Positions 1-9,993 of a DNA stretch of 64,000 nt are shown piece after piece. Origin of the DNA: an uncultured Candidatus Rokubacteria bacterium (GTDB lineage Bacteria > Methylomirabilota > Methylomirabilia > Rokubacteriales > CSP1-6); assembly GCA_963789955.1 (NCBI GenBank), contig CAWBMV010000012.1, forward strand, positions 224,001 to 288,000. Reading direction: 5' to 3'. The translations under genes were made by a program, and so were the position numbers. How positions within the stretch are numbered: position 1 is the stretch's first letter; each line of letters begins with the position of its first letter. Below the pieces are notes generated by a model, which saw only the letters and a list, made by a program, of their open reading frames with translations, was not told where the DNA came from and did no database searches.

Positions 1-1013
1 GCCGGCCGAGTCGGTCTCGCGCGGCCTCAAGGACGGCGGCACGCCGTGGGACGTGCGCTGGCAGGGGCCGCCGTTTCCCGACGATCGAGTCAGCTTCGAC
101 TCGCACGCGCGCATCAAGGACATGGACATCGAGGGCGTCGACGTGAACATGGTCCTGCCCTCGGGCGGTATCGCCTCGTTTTCGCGGTCTCGACGACGTC
201 GCGGTCGAGACGTCGATGTACCAGGCGTATCACCGCTTCCTCAAGGACTACTGCGCGCCGTACCCCGATCGGCTCACGAGCGTGCTCCACGTCTCGGTTC
301 GCGACGTCCCCGGCTCGGTTGCCGAGATCCGGCGCTGCGGGAAGGAGCGGTGGCCGGTCGGCATCTTCCCGATCTGCCCGCCGGGCATGACGCTCGACGA
401 TCCCGACTGGGAGCCGATCTGGGCGGCGGCGCAGGAGCACGACCTGACCGTGGTGATCCACTCGTTCACGATGTCGATCCCGTATCCGCCGGGCATGTGG
501 GACAACTGGGACAACATGTTCCTGGTGCGCTCCGCCAGCCACGTGTGGAACGCCCAGCGCAACATGGCGGCGATCATCGGCTCGGGCGTGCTCGATCGCT
601 TTCCGAACCTGCGTCTGACCTCGCTCGAGTGCGGCCACGGGTGGCTCGCCTTCTGGGCCTCGCGGCTCGACGAGCAGGCCGAGATGAGCCAGCACGCGCT
701 GCCGCGGCTGAAGCGCAAGCCGAGCGAGTACATCCGCGGGCCGCAATACTTCCAGAGCATCCAGCTCCACGAGGGCGAGCTGTCCTTGCGTCAGGCCATC
801 GAGGCGATCGGCGAGAACACCCTGATGTTCGCGACGGACTATCCGCACTCGGAGAGCTGGTTCCCGAAGTCGGTCGACGCGGTCCTGAAGTGGACGTCGG
901 TCGGCGAGGGCGCTCGGCGCAAGCTGCTCTGGGAGAACGCGGTGCGGTGCTATCGGCGCTACAGCGGTTACACGTCGGCGGTGGTGGAGGCCGCGCCGGC
1001 CGCGGCGCGGTAA
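1..1013 (+). CDS. Amidohydrolase_2 family metal-dependent hydrolase/decarboxylase (5' end outside the window; frameshift near 185)
   Basis: Upstream frame reads ARIKDMDIEGVDVNMVLPS; ORF 216-1013 has LECGHGW and MFATDYPHSES motifs typical of the family. Confidence 0.85.
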
Positions 1014-1019
1014 CCGGGG

Positions 1020-1829
1020 CTACTTGGAGACGATCCACCCGGCGATCTGAGCGACCACCTCGCGCTCGATCCCGTTGTAGCCGTGATAGGCGAAGGCCTC
1101 GCACGGGTCGCCGCGGCTCTGCCCGTCCTTGAACGTGATCAGCGCCTTCTTCGGGACCGCGTCGAGCTTGTGCATCAGGGGCGGCATATCGCGGAAGAGG
1201 CACAGGCTGCAGCCGTCCTGCTCGTGATGGACGACGAGCACGGGGATCCGCAGCTTGTCGAGATCCATCGCGGGCACGGCGCGGCCGCGGTTGTCGGTGA
1301 GAATCGTCGACGTGAGCACGATCCCATCCGGTCCGTCTCGCCCGGTCAGCTGGGTCGCGAGAAACCCCACGGATTGCGTGCCGCGACTCGTCCCGATCAG
1401 CCACACCGGCACCTGAACGTGCTCGCGCAGCCAGGCGATGACGACCTTGATGTCGGCGGCGTGCTCGCGGGTCTGGCGGAAGCCGGACAGGAACGGGATG
1501 CCCTGCCGGTCCGACGGCGCGTCGACGATCGCGACCGCGAGCTCCCGGTCGACGAAGAGCTGGCGCGAGCGAACCAGGAAATTCCCCGCTCCCCACTGCA
1601 ATCGCCCGTCGGAGGAGATCTGGAGGCCGCCGTGGCCGCCCGCGAACAGGACGACGGCGGCCTTGGGCTGCGGCGGAGCCACGAACAGGAATCGCTGAAT
1701 CACGCCGGGGCGAGTCGGCACGTCGACGACGCGCTGAGCGACATCGCTCGAGCTGGGCGACGCCGACACGCCGATCAGCAGGACCGCCGCCAGCGCGGCG
1801 CGAAGCGGAGCGGAAATCTTAAAGCCCAA
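1020..1829 (-). CDS. Secreted alpha/beta hydrolase
   Basis: Signal-peptide-like N-terminus, GTSRG nucleophile elbow, VLVVHHEQD and HGYNG motifs. Confidence 0.8.
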   Translation of the reverse strand: MGFKISAPLRAALAAVLLIGVSASPSSSDVAQRVVDVPTRPGVIQRFLFVAPPQPKAAVVLFAGGHGGLQISSDGRLQWGAGNFLVRSRQLFVDRELAVAIVDAPSDRQGIPFLSGFRQTREHAADIKVVIAWLREHVQVPVWLIGTSRGTQSVGFLATQLTGRDGPDGIVLTSTILTDNRGRAVPAMDLDKLRIPVLVVHHEQDGCSLCLFRDMPPLMHKLDAVPKKALITFKDGQSRGDPCEAFAYHGYNGIEREVVAQIAGWIVSK

Positions 1830-2673
1830 CTTCCTCGAGCTCGAGACCCGCGGGCAGCCGCCCGCCGGTGTTCGAGGGCTTCACCAGACCCAGGCGTTTC
1901 ATCAGGCGCACCATCTGGAAGCCGAAGTCGTACTCGGCCGGGGAGTGGCTGAGCCGGAAAAACTGTGGATAGTGGTGATGGTTGTTCTGCAGGCAGGCGC
2001 TGAACGTGGCCGTCACCGGGAGCCACTCGCCGATGTTCATCGCGTTGTCGTCGTCCTGATAGCGGCGCGCACCGAAGCGGCGGTCGTGCGTCCAGTAGTT
2101 CTGCACCATGTTCGTCCACAGGGCGATGAGCCGCACGCTGACCCAGAGCGCCAGCGCGTACGCCCAGTCGGACACGAGCAGCCAGAGGAAGCCATAGCTG
2201 GTGATCTGCGCCACGACCGCGAAGAACGGGCTCGAGGCCAGGCGCATCGGCCAGGTCTCGAAGATCGGATCGCGCGCCATATCGAACTGGCACCGATACG
2301 GAAACAAGCACAGATAGAGCGTCTTCCAGAAGCCGTCGACACCCAGCTTGTTCGGATCACCGTCGCGGTCGGAGAAGGCGTGGTGGTGGCGGTGACGGTT
2401 CACCCACGAGCGGGGATTGACGTAGATCCCGATCGTGTTGCACACGAGCGTGGTCGATTTGACGAACCAGCCTTTGAACTCGAGCGCCCGATGGGCGATG
2501 CCCATGTGGAGGATCTCGGGAAGATAGAGCCCGGCGACGAGCCAGATGAACACGAGATACAATCCGCCGACCACGAGGCCGCCGGCTGCACCCAATGCCG
2601 GCGGCGCGAGGAACGCAGAGACCAGCGCGTGCAGGCTCAGTAGCGCGTAGCCAACGGCATTGTAGGTCGTCAT
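1819..2673 (-). CDS. Membrane fatty acid (acyl-lipid/acyl-CoA) desaturase
   Basis: Three His boxes (HMGIAH, HRHHH, NNHHH) and hydrophobic segments. Confidence 0.85.
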   Translation of the reverse strand: MTTYNAVGYALLSLHALVSAFLAPPALGAAGGLVVGGLYLVFIWLVAGLYLPEILHMGIAHRALEFKGWFVKSTTLVCNTIGIYVNPRSWVNRHRHHHAFSDRDGDPNKLGVDGFWKTLYLCLFPYRCQFDMARDPIFETWPMRLASSPFFAVVAQITSYGFLWLLVSDWAYALALWVSVRLIALWTNMVQNYWTHDRRFGARRYQDDDNAMNIGEWLPVTATFSACLQNNHHHYPQFFRLSHSPAEYDFGFQMVRLMKRLGLVKPSNTGGRLPAGLELEEVGL

Positions 2674-2748
2674 AGCCCCTCCGAGTGGCGACCCTATCGA
2701 TAATATGAAGGAATGGGGCTCCGGCCAAAGAGATAACGCCCGGCCGGG

Positions 2749-3810
2749 CTAGACGTGGATGACGACCTTGAGGGCGTTGCCGATCCGCTCGGTATACGTG
2801 CGGAAGGCGTCGTGGATCTGATCGAGCCCGAAGTGGTGCGTGATGATCGGATCGGCCAGGATCTTGCCCTTGCTCATGAGCTCGAGCGAGCGCCCGCAGT
2901 TCATCCCGCCCTCGCCGCGCGCCGCGTAGATGCGGACGTTCGAGCGCACGGCGAGGTTCATGTCGACCTCGACCGGGCCCGCGTACCAGGCGACGACGCC
3001 GATGCGGCCGCCCCGCTTGACGTTCTCGAGCGCTTCCTGCATGGAGCTCGGCCCGCCGGCGCACTCGAGGACGCAGTCGGCCCCGCGGCCGCCCGTGATG
3101 TCGCGAATCCGATCGCGGAGGTTCTCGCTGCGAACGTTGATGGTGTGGTCGGCGCCAAGCTGCTTGCCGATCGCCAGCCGCGAGTCGCGGGTGCCGGTGA
3201 GAATCACGCGCGCGGCGCCGAGCGCCTTGCAGAGCTGGACGGCGATGAGCCCGATGGGGCCGGGACCCTGCACGAGCACCGTCTCGCCGGCGACGTAGCC
3301 GCCCATCAGGTCGATCGCCCAGAGCGGCGAGGCCGCGGTCGTCACCATGCAGGCCTGCTCGAAGGACAGGTTCTCCGGGAGCCGATAGAGCGTGTTGATG
3401 TGGTTCACCGCGAACTCGGCGAATCCGCCGTCGCAGGTGAGGCCCTTGGCGCGGTGGCCCTTGGACACGTCGCCGTAGTTGAGGCAGGACGTGTACCAGC
3501 CCTTGATGCAGTTCTCGCAGCGGTCGCAGCCCTTGTGCACCTCGACGGCCACGCGATCGCCCACGCGGAACTCGTCGACGCCGGGCCCGAGGGCGGCCAC
3601 GGTGCCAGCGTACTCGTGACCCATGACGAACTGGCCCGCCGGCTGACCCTGAAGCGTACGGTGCAGCACCTTCACGTCCGTGCCGCAGATCGACGCGACC
3701 TCGACCTTCAGGAGCACCTCGCCAGGGCCGGGTTCTGGGCGGGTCCAGGCCTGGACCCGCATGTCGTCGGCGCCGTGAAGGATCGCGGCTTTCATGGTGG
3801 AGGTCGGCAT
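2749..3810 (-). CDS. Zinc-dependent alcohol dehydrogenase (MDR family)
   Basis: ICGTD, GHEYAG, CxxCxxC structural Zn site, GPGPIG. Confidence 0.92.
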   Translation of the reverse strand: MPTSTMKAAILHGADDMRVQAWTRPEPGPGEVLLKVEVASICGTDVKVLHRTLQGQPAGQFVMGHEYAGTVAALGPGVDEFRVGDRVAVEVHKGCDRCENCIKGWYTSCLNYGDVSKGHRAKGLTCDGGFAEFAVNHINTLYRLPENLSFEQACMVTTAASPLWAIDLMGGYVAGETVLVQGPGPIGLIAVQLCKALGAARVILTGTRDSRLAIGKQLGADHTINVRSENLRDRIRDITGGRGADCVLECAGGPSSMQEALENVKRGGRIGVVAWYAGPVEVDMNLAVRSNVRIYAARGEGGMNCGRSLELMSKGKILADPIITHHFGLDQIHDAFRTYTERIGNALKVVIHV

Positions 3811-3822
3811 AGCTCTGCGCCC

Positions 3823-4578
3823 TCAGGCGATCTTGATGATCCCCGGCTCGACCGGCTTGAAGCGCTCGGCGACTTGCGGATCGTGGCCCGCGACGACGAG
3901 CTTTGCGGAGCCGGCGAGCCGATCGATCGTGTCGAAGGCCGTGAGCATCTCCGGCAGGCTGGTGATGATCTGCACCGGCTGACGCGTCTCGACGTTGTGA
4001 TAGAAGTGCGACGCGTCGGACGTCAGGACGACGGTGCCGCGCCGGGTCTCGACGCTGACGATCTGCAGGCCGGCCGTGTGGCCGCCGACCCGGTGCACGC
4101 GAATGCCCGGCCACACCTCGTGGTCGCCCTCGACGATCCGGATCTTGTTGCCGTAGTTCAACGTGGTCAGGTGCGCCAGCGCCTCGACGTTGGCGGACCC
4201 GCGGAACGCCGGCAGCCGGCCGAACGGCCCGGTCCAGAACGCGACTTCTTCGCCCTGGATCCAGAACTCCGCGTTCGGGAACAGGCTGTGGCCCGCCCAG
4301 TGATCGTAGTGCAGGTGGGTGATCAGCGAGATCGGGATGTCGCCGGGCTTGACCCCGGCGCGCTCGACCATCGCCGCCGGGCTCACGTAGTTGCGAATGC
4401 CGCGGGCGCGCGCGTCGTCGTCGCGGAAGCCGGTGTCGACCAGGAGCGGCTGCGGACCGCCGAGGATCAGCCATACGAAGTAGTCGAGCGTGAGCTTGTC
4501 GTGCGAGGACTCGCGGTAGAAGAACTGGCACTTCGTGGTGTCTCGCTCGCCGTACTTGAGCGCAAAGACTTCGTACAT
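3823..4578 (-). CDS. MBL-fold hydrolase, N-acyl-homoserine lactonase-like family
   Basis: THLHYDH, GGHTAG, SDASH, AGHD motifs. Confidence 0.85.
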   Translation of the reverse strand: MYEVFALKYGERDTTKCQFFYRESSHDKLTLDYFVWLILGGPQPLLVDTGFRDDDARARGIRNYVSPAAMVERAGVKPGDIPISLITHLHYDHWAGHSLFPNAEFWIQGEEVAFWTGPFGRLPAFRGSANVEALAHLTTLNYGNKIRIVEGDHEVWPGIRVHRVGGHTAGLQIVSVETRRGTVVLTSDASHFYHNVETRQPVQIITSLPEMLTAFDTIDRLAGSAKLVVAGHDPQVAERFKPVEPGIIKIA

Positions 4579-4659
4579 GGCGGATCGCCCTCCTGGCGGG
4601 CAACTGTACTATGATCGGCCGCGTGATTCAGGTCCTTTCAATGCTCCAGGAGTTTTGAC

Positions 4660-5640
4660 ATGACCAAGCGCGAGCGCGTCCTGGCGGCCTTGCGCGGGGC
4701 GCCGGTCGATCGCGTGCCCGTGAGCCTCTGGCTTCACAACTTTGCGACCGAGAACTCGGCGGAGACGCTGACCGCCGAGACGCTCCGGCTCGCCGGGCGA
4801 TTCGACTGGGACTTTCTGAAGCCCCAGAGCCGCGCGCAGTGTTTCGCGGAGATGTGGGGACTCCGCTACACGCCCTCGCGCGAGCGCGCGACGCCGTACA
4901 CCGTGACACGCGCGCCGCTCGCGATGGCGGATGATCTACGCCGGCTCGAACCCGCGGACCCGCGAACGGGGGCGCTCGCCGAGCAGCTCCAGGCGTTGCG
5001 AGCGATCCGCAAGGCGGTCGGAAGCGAGACGCCGATCATCTGGACGGTGTTCTCGCCGCTGATGGTCCTACCGTTTCTACTTGCGGGCGGTCGTGCCGCG
5101 GCAGTCTCGCTGATGCGCTCCGAGCCGGCGGCGGTAGACCATGCGCTTCACGCGATGGCGGAGACGCTCGCGGCCTATGCGCGCGCGGCGGTGGCCGAGG
5201 GCGCCGACGGCCTGTTCTACGCCACCAACATGGCCACGCAGGAGCTCTCGACCACCGCCGAGTGCCGCCGCTTCCAGCGCCCTCACGATCTGCGGATTCT
5301 CGGCCAGGTCGCGAACGCGCCGTTCAACCTGCTCCACGTCTGCGGCACCGGGATCCTCTTCGACGAGTTCGTCGACTATCCCGCGACCGCGCTGAGCTGG
5401 GCCGTCGTTCCCGGCAACCCGTCGCTGACCGAAGCACACCGGCGCACCGGCCGCGCCGTAGTAGGCGGCCTACCGGCCAAGCCAGTGATCAAGGGCCTGC
5501 CTCCAGGAGAAGTCGCCGCCCGCGGCCGCCAAGCGATCAACGAAATGCGCGGCCGTTTCCTTCTGCTGGCTCCTGACTGCTCAATCGACCCCGACACCCC
5601 CGAAGCAGTAATGGACGCCGCGACCACCGCAACCCGTTGA
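4660..5640 (+). CDS. Uroporphyrinogen decarboxylase (URO-D)/MtaA-like family protein
   Basis: MTKRERVLAALRG..DRVPV N-terminus, LHVCG, LLAPDCSI; probably not the housekeeping HemE. Confidence 0.8.
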   Translation: MTKRERVLAALRGAPVDRVPVSLWLHNFATENSAETLTAETLRLAGRFDWDFLKPQSRAQCFAEMWGLRYTPSRERATPYTVTRAPLAMADDLRRLEPADPRTGALAEQLQALRAIRKAVGSETPIIWTVFSPLMVLPFLLAGGRAAAVSLMRSEPAAVDHALHAMAETLAAYARAAVAEGADGLFYATNMATQELSTTAECRRFQRPHDLRILGQVANAPFNLLHVCGTGILFDEFVDYPATALSWAVVPGNPSLTEAHRRTGRAVVGGLPAKPVIKGLPPGEVAARGRQAINEMRGRFLLLAPDCSIDPDTPEAVMDAATTATR

Positions 5641-5686
5641 CCGGAGTGCTGGTTCGAGTGACTAGTCAGGGTGTTCGGGCAACCAA

Positions 5687-5811
5687 GCGAAACGGGGAGG
5701 TATCGGAGGGGGCGTCTCGCCCCCCCGATCAGAAACAAGAAGGAGTGAAGGAGTAAACGGGCGCACCCGCGAACCGGGGAGGTATCGGAGGGGGCGCCTC
5801 GCTCCGATCAG
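5687..5811. repeat. REP-like doublet, copy 1: two hairpin units separated by a purine-rich linker
   Basis: Units GCGAA(A/C)CGGGGAGGTATCGGAGGGGGCG..CGC(C)nCCGATCAG; near-identical to 6825-6956. Confidence 0.85.
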
Positions 5812-5872
5812 CCGGTTCTGAGTCGACCCGGCCCTGCCGTCGGACCCCCACCTGAGAGCCATCGCCAATGAT

Positions 5873-6825
5873 GTGATCGCCAACATCCGTTACTCTCTGG
5901 CGGCTGTGGCGGCAGAGGGGCAACCCAGGGCCAAAGGTCAGCTTGACCAGGCAGTACGGGCGCTCCTGGTCCGCGAAAAGCCGGCGACCCGTCAGCGGTT
6001 CCGCGAGCGGGCCCATGCGGTACTGAGCCGGCCCACCGGCCCTGCGGACGATGCACTTCGGGCGTTTCGCCGCCGTCAGCCCAGACGAGTATCCGGCCAT
6101 CGGGTCCGACGAACTTGCAGGGCGCGTCGGCAAACTCTCGGTCGACTCGGAAGCGGTCAAGCAAGAGCCTCAACCAGACCCATCTGATCCTCGGCAAGGT
6201 GGTCCACGATAATCCGCACGTCGTAGTCCAGCATCAGATGCCTGGGCAACCGGTGATTCACCTGGACCCAGATCTGATCGCTGGTCTCGCATTCAAGAAG
6301 ATGCGGCTGTTCATCCGCAAGGTCCGCTGCGTGCAGGAAACCTACGAGTTGCTCGAGGGCTCCGACGCGATCAACATGGGTGGCAACTTCACGACCGCCG
6401 ACGGGAAGACGACCGTGCTCGTCGACCAGTTCAAGGTGTCAGACGACTTCGACGAAGGCGAACTCGTCGATTTCGGGTCTAGCAAGGCTTTCGCTAGCTG
6501 GGACTTGGTCGACCAACTCGGCGGGTTTCCCTTACGTCTACTCCGCGATCATCTAGCTTGGCGGAGAAGGACGACGGGGGCTTCTACAAGTTTCTCAAAG
6601 ACCTGTGGGCCCAGGTAGCAAGCCAAGGTAAGGACGCGGTGGCAAGGAGCGGTCGGCGGAGCAATCGGCGGTGCGATTGGGGCCGCCGTCGGATTCATCG
6701 CGGCGGCGGTCGTCGGTTGCCATCATTGCTTGGCTCGTCAGCCTGTTCGAAAACTCGGATGACATCATCGGCACTAAGGTGGTGACGATGACCCTAGCAG
6801 CCTGCACCAAGTCGTACTACGACTC
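5873..6825 (+). pseudogene. Fragmented hypothetical gene with glycine-zipper hydrophobic segment, truncated at the repeat
   Basis: Coding-like pieces in successive frames (5873-, 6115-6618, 6558-, 6671-); GAVGGAIGGAIGAAVGFIAAAVVG read near 6648-6718; the frame runs into the repeat. Confidence 0.55.
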
Positions 6826-6956
6826 ACCCGCGAACCGGGGAGGCGTCGGAGGGGGCGCCTCGCCCCCTCCGATCAGAAACAAGAAGGAGTGAAGGAGTAA
6901 ACGGGCGCACCCGCGAACCGGGGAGGCGTCGGAGGGGGCGTCTCGCCCCCTCCGAC
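6825..6956. repeat. REP-like doublet, copy 2 (direct repeat of 5687-5811)
   Basis: Perfect stems TCGGAGGGGGCG/CGCCCCCTCCGA and the same linker GAAACAAGAAGGAGTGAAGGAGTAAACGGGCGCACC. Confidence 0.85.
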
Positions 6957-8165
6957 TTACATAGTCGGGCTCGCGAACTCCCCACCCATCGCGACCAGCG
7001 CCCACGGCCCGCCCTGCGCGTCCCAGCTGAACCCGATGTGCGCGCTCAGCGCGTGCTGATCACGGAACAGGCGCTGGATCGGATAGCGGTCGTAGATCCC
7101 GTTGGCGCCGGCGAGCGCATGCAGCGAATCGACCGCCTCGGTGCAGAGCTCCATCGCGTAGGCGACGTTGCGTTTGTAGCGCAGCTTCTCCTCGATCGTC
7201 GGCACGCGGCCCTCGCGGGCGATCCGATCGGCCTCCAGACAGTCCGCGCGGATCGAGAGACGGGCCAGATCGACCATCGCGCCGGCGCGCGCGACGCGGA
7301 GCTGCACCGCCTGGAAGTCGCGCATCCGCATCGCGGTGTAGTTGGTGCTCCGCTCGCGAATCGCCTCGATGGTGAGATCGAGCGCCGCCTGCGCGTTGCC
7401 GACGCCGGCCCCCGCCAGGCAGTGTGAGCCGAGCGCCGCGAGCGGCACCTGGTAGAGGGAATTCGCGTTGACGCGCGCCCCGGGAAACTGACTGCCGCCC
7501 CGCGCCAGGTACATCGACAGCGCGCGGTGCTCGGGCACGAACACGTCCTTCGCGCGGACCGACTTGGAGCCGGTGCTGCGCATGCCGAGCGTGGTCCAGT
7601 CGTCGACGATCTCGTAGTCGCTCTTCGGCACCAGGCACATGCGGTGATCGACGACGCGCTCGCCGTCGCGGACCATGACGGCCAGCATGTTCCAGTCGGA
7701 GGCGTCGACTCCGCTCGAGAAGTTCCAGAAGCCGCTGACGACGAGACCGCCATCGACGCGGCGCCCGCTGCCCTGGGGGTAGGCGATACCGGAGGCGATC
7801 AGCGCGTCCGGGTTCTTGCCCCAGATCTCTTCCTGGGCGCGCTCGTCGTAGAGCGCGAGCATCCAGTGATGCACACCGAGATTCGCGACGTTCCAGCCCG
7901 TCGAGGCGCAGCCGCGGGCGATCTCGGCCGGCACGTCGAACAGCGCGACGAAGTCGAGCTCCATGCCGCCCCAGCGCCGCGGCTGGTGAAAGCGAAAGAG
8001 GCCGGTGCGATGAAGATCGTCGAGCGTCTCGGCCGCCATCTGGCGTCCGAGCTCCGCGCGGCCGGCACGCTCGCGCAGCGCGGGCACCAGGGCGCGCGCC
8101 CGGCGCATCGCCTCGTCGTAGCCGACGTCGGCGAAGCTCACGGACGCGCGCCCGGGATCGGTCAT
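6957..8165 (-). CDS. Flavin-dependent monooxygenase, acyl-CoA dehydrogenase fold (HsaA/C2-hpaH-like oxygenase component)
   Basis: WNFSSG, GMRSTGS, PIQRLFRD motifs. Confidence 0.85.
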   Translation of the reverse strand: MTDPGRASVSFADVGYDEAMRRARALVPALRERAGRAELGRQMAAETLDDLHRTGLFRFHQPRRWGGMELDFVALFDVPAEIARGCASTGWNVANLGVHHWMLALYDERAQEEIWGKNPDALIASGIAYPQGSGRRVDGGLVVSGFWNFSSGVDASDWNMLAVMVRDGERVVDHRMCLVPKSDYEIVDDWTTLGMRSTGSKSVRAKDVFVPEHRALSMYLARGGSQFPGARVNANSLYQVPLAALGSHCLAGAGVGNAQAALDLTIEAIRERSTNYTAMRMRDFQAVQLRVARAGAMVDLARLSIRADCLEADRIAREGRVPTIEEKLRYKRNVAYAMELCTEAVDSLHALAGANGIYDRYPIQRLFRDQHALSAHIGFSWDAQGGPWALVAMGGEFASPTM

Positions 8166-8635
8166 GCGCGCATGCTGGCGACCTGGGGCATCTTCGAGTA
8201 GTCCTCGCCGCCCCAGTCCGTGACGTCCTTCACGCCGAAGAAGTTGAGCTCGATCGTGAGCCCGTTCGGGTCCTTGATGAAGATCTGGTAGAGGTCGAAC
8301 TCCGGGAGCGAGCGCGGCTGGAAGTCCATGCCACGCTCCTTGAAGCGCCGGATGAAGTTGCCCGGCTCGGTGGCCAGGAACGCGATGTGATCGACGACGC
8401 CCGCGTGATCCGTGACCGCGTTCTTCGGCGTGCCGAGGTAGTACATGTCGGCGTTGTCGATGCCGTCCGGCCCCATGTGCACCTGGATCTTGCCGTTCAC
8501 CCCGAGCCAGTAGCCGGGGAACGGGAAGGTCGGCCGCGGCATGACCTGGAAGCCGAGCACGTCGCAGTAGAAATCCTTCGTCTTCTCGAGTTCGTTCGCG
8601 CGGATGAAGTAGTGGTTGAGCTCAGTCAGCGGCAT
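8162..8635 (-). CDS. VOC/glyoxalase family protein
   Basis: LNHY..FYCDVLG, DHIAF, DPNGLTIELN; RBS-like GAGGAGG before ATG 8635. Confidence 0.85.
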   Translation of the reverse strand: MPLTELNHYFIRANELEKTKDFYCDVLGFQVMPRPTFPFPGYWLGVNGKIQVHMGPDGIDNADMYYLGTPKNAVTDHAGVVDHIAFLATEPGNFIRRFKERGMDFQPRSLPEFDLYQIFIKDPNGLTIELNFFGVKDVTDWGGEDYSKMPQVASMRA

Positions 8636-8760
8636 GGGCCCCTCCTCGGAGGAATCGGCGTCGTGAGCCGATGTTACGCGAAAGCGTGAGGTCTGCAAAG
8701 TCGCCCCGACCGCTGGACCCGGGCCGGCATCCGCCGTATCCTCCCGGCCAGGAGGGACCC

Positions 8761-9264
8761 ATGGACCCGAACGTCAAGAAGACCACGCTCCGGATGATCC
8801 CGTACGGCCTCTACGTCCTCACCGCCGCGCACAAGGACGGCCGCATCTCGGCCGGCACGGTCAACTGGGTCACCCAGGCCTCGTTCGAGCCGCCGCTCGT
8901 GGTGGTCGGGGTCAAGACCGACTCGGCGGGCCACGCGCTCATCAAGGACACCAAGGCGTTCGCGCTGAACGTGCTCGGCAAGGGGCAGCAAGCGCTGGCC
9001 TTCACGTTCTTCAAGCCCGCCGAGAAGAAGGGCGACACGATCTCCGGCGAGCCTTTCCGCCCGGGCAAGACCGGCGCGCCGATCCTGGCCAGCACGCCCG
9101 CGTTCATCGAGTGCTCGCTCGAGACGACGGTGGAGATGGGCGACCACTCGATCTTCGTCGGCAAGGTGGTCGAGGTCGGCCTCGCCAAGACGATCGACGG
9201 ACGGGCGGACGACGCGACCCTGTGGATGAAGGAGCTCGGCGACAAGGTCTTCTACGGCGGGTAG
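8761..9264 (+). CDS. Flavin reductase family protein
   Basis: IPYGLYV, QASFEPP, GDHSIFVG; GGAGGG RBS before ATG 8761. Confidence 0.9.
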   Translation: MDPNVKKTTLRMIPYGLYVLTAAHKDGRISAGTVNWVTQASFEPPLVVVGVKTDSAGHALIKDTKAFALNVLGKGQQALAFTFFKPAEKKGDTISGEPFRPGKTGAPILASTPAFIECSLETTVEMGDHSIFVGKVVEVGLAKTIDGRADDATLWMKELGDKVFYGG

Positions 9265-9271
9265 CGCGCGC

Positions 9272-9979
9272 CTAGGACGGTGGCGTGTCGAGTGTGCGCA
9301 GGCGCTCGACGATGGCGGCGACATGTAGCGCCGTCGTGTCGAGCGCCGGGACGCCCGCGATGACCGGAGCGGGTAGCAGCAATGGCAGCTCGGTCCCGCC
9401 CAGAATGACTCCGTCGATGCGCTCCTGATCCCGCAGACGGCCGACGAGCGATACGAACTCCGACCGGGTGTCGTCTCGAAACTCGCCCTTGAGAAGCTCG
9501 CCCACATACCGCGCGTGAATCCAGGCGCGGTCCGCGTCAGTCGGAGCGACCGCGACGATGCCGTGACGCGCGCATACCGCCGGGTAGAACGGGGCTTCCA
9601 TCGTGAATCGCGTGCCGAGAAGAGCCAGTCGACGCAATCCGCGCCGTCTCGCCTCCTGGGCGCAAACCTCGACGATGCTGACCAGAGGGACCGGCGACCG
9701 CGACGCGATCTCGTCGAACACGATGTGAGGCGTATTGGCGGTCATGGCGACGAAGTCCACGCCGGCAGCCGCGAGCCTGAGCACCGACGCCAGCAGGTAC
9801 TCGACGAGCGCCGGCCGGTCACGTTCGACGAGGCGCAGCGCCCGCTGAACGTCGAGACTGTCGATGACGATCGAGGGGGTCGTCGATGGATCGTCTCGCT
9901 GCCACGTTTCCAGGATGCGGCGGTAATAGTCGATCGTGGATTCCGGTCCAAGGCCGCCGACGATTCCGACTCTCGCCAT
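9272..9979 (-). CDS. Aspartate/glutamate racemase family protein lacking both catalytic Cys
   Basis: GIVGGLGPEST, TANTPH (usually CNT), LGTRFTM, GGTELP (usually GCTE). Confidence 0.85.
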   Translation of the reverse strand: MARVGIVGGLGPESTIDYYRRILETWQRDDPSTTPSIVIDSLDVQRALRLVERDRPALVEYLLASVLRLAAAGVDFVAMTANTPHIVFDEIASRSPVPLVSIVEVCAQEARRRGLRRLALLGTRFTMEAPFYPAVCARHGIVAVAPTDADRAWIHARYVGELLKGEFRDDTRSEFVSLVGRLRDQERIDGVILGGTELPLLLPAPVIAGVPALDTTALHVAAIVERLRTLDTPPS

Positions 9980-9993
9980 GGACGGGCGCGTCT

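Noticed and set aside
2357..4614. Long overlapping ORFs (2357-4603 minus, 2755-4614 plus) and similar ones such as 58552-60846
   Set aside because: Arg/Ala/Pro-rich shadow frames expected in high-GC coding DNA; no motifs
5687..6956. Mini CRISPR (repeat-spacer-repeat)
   Set aside because: The linker is identical in both copies and no cas genes are present; better explained as REP-like doublets
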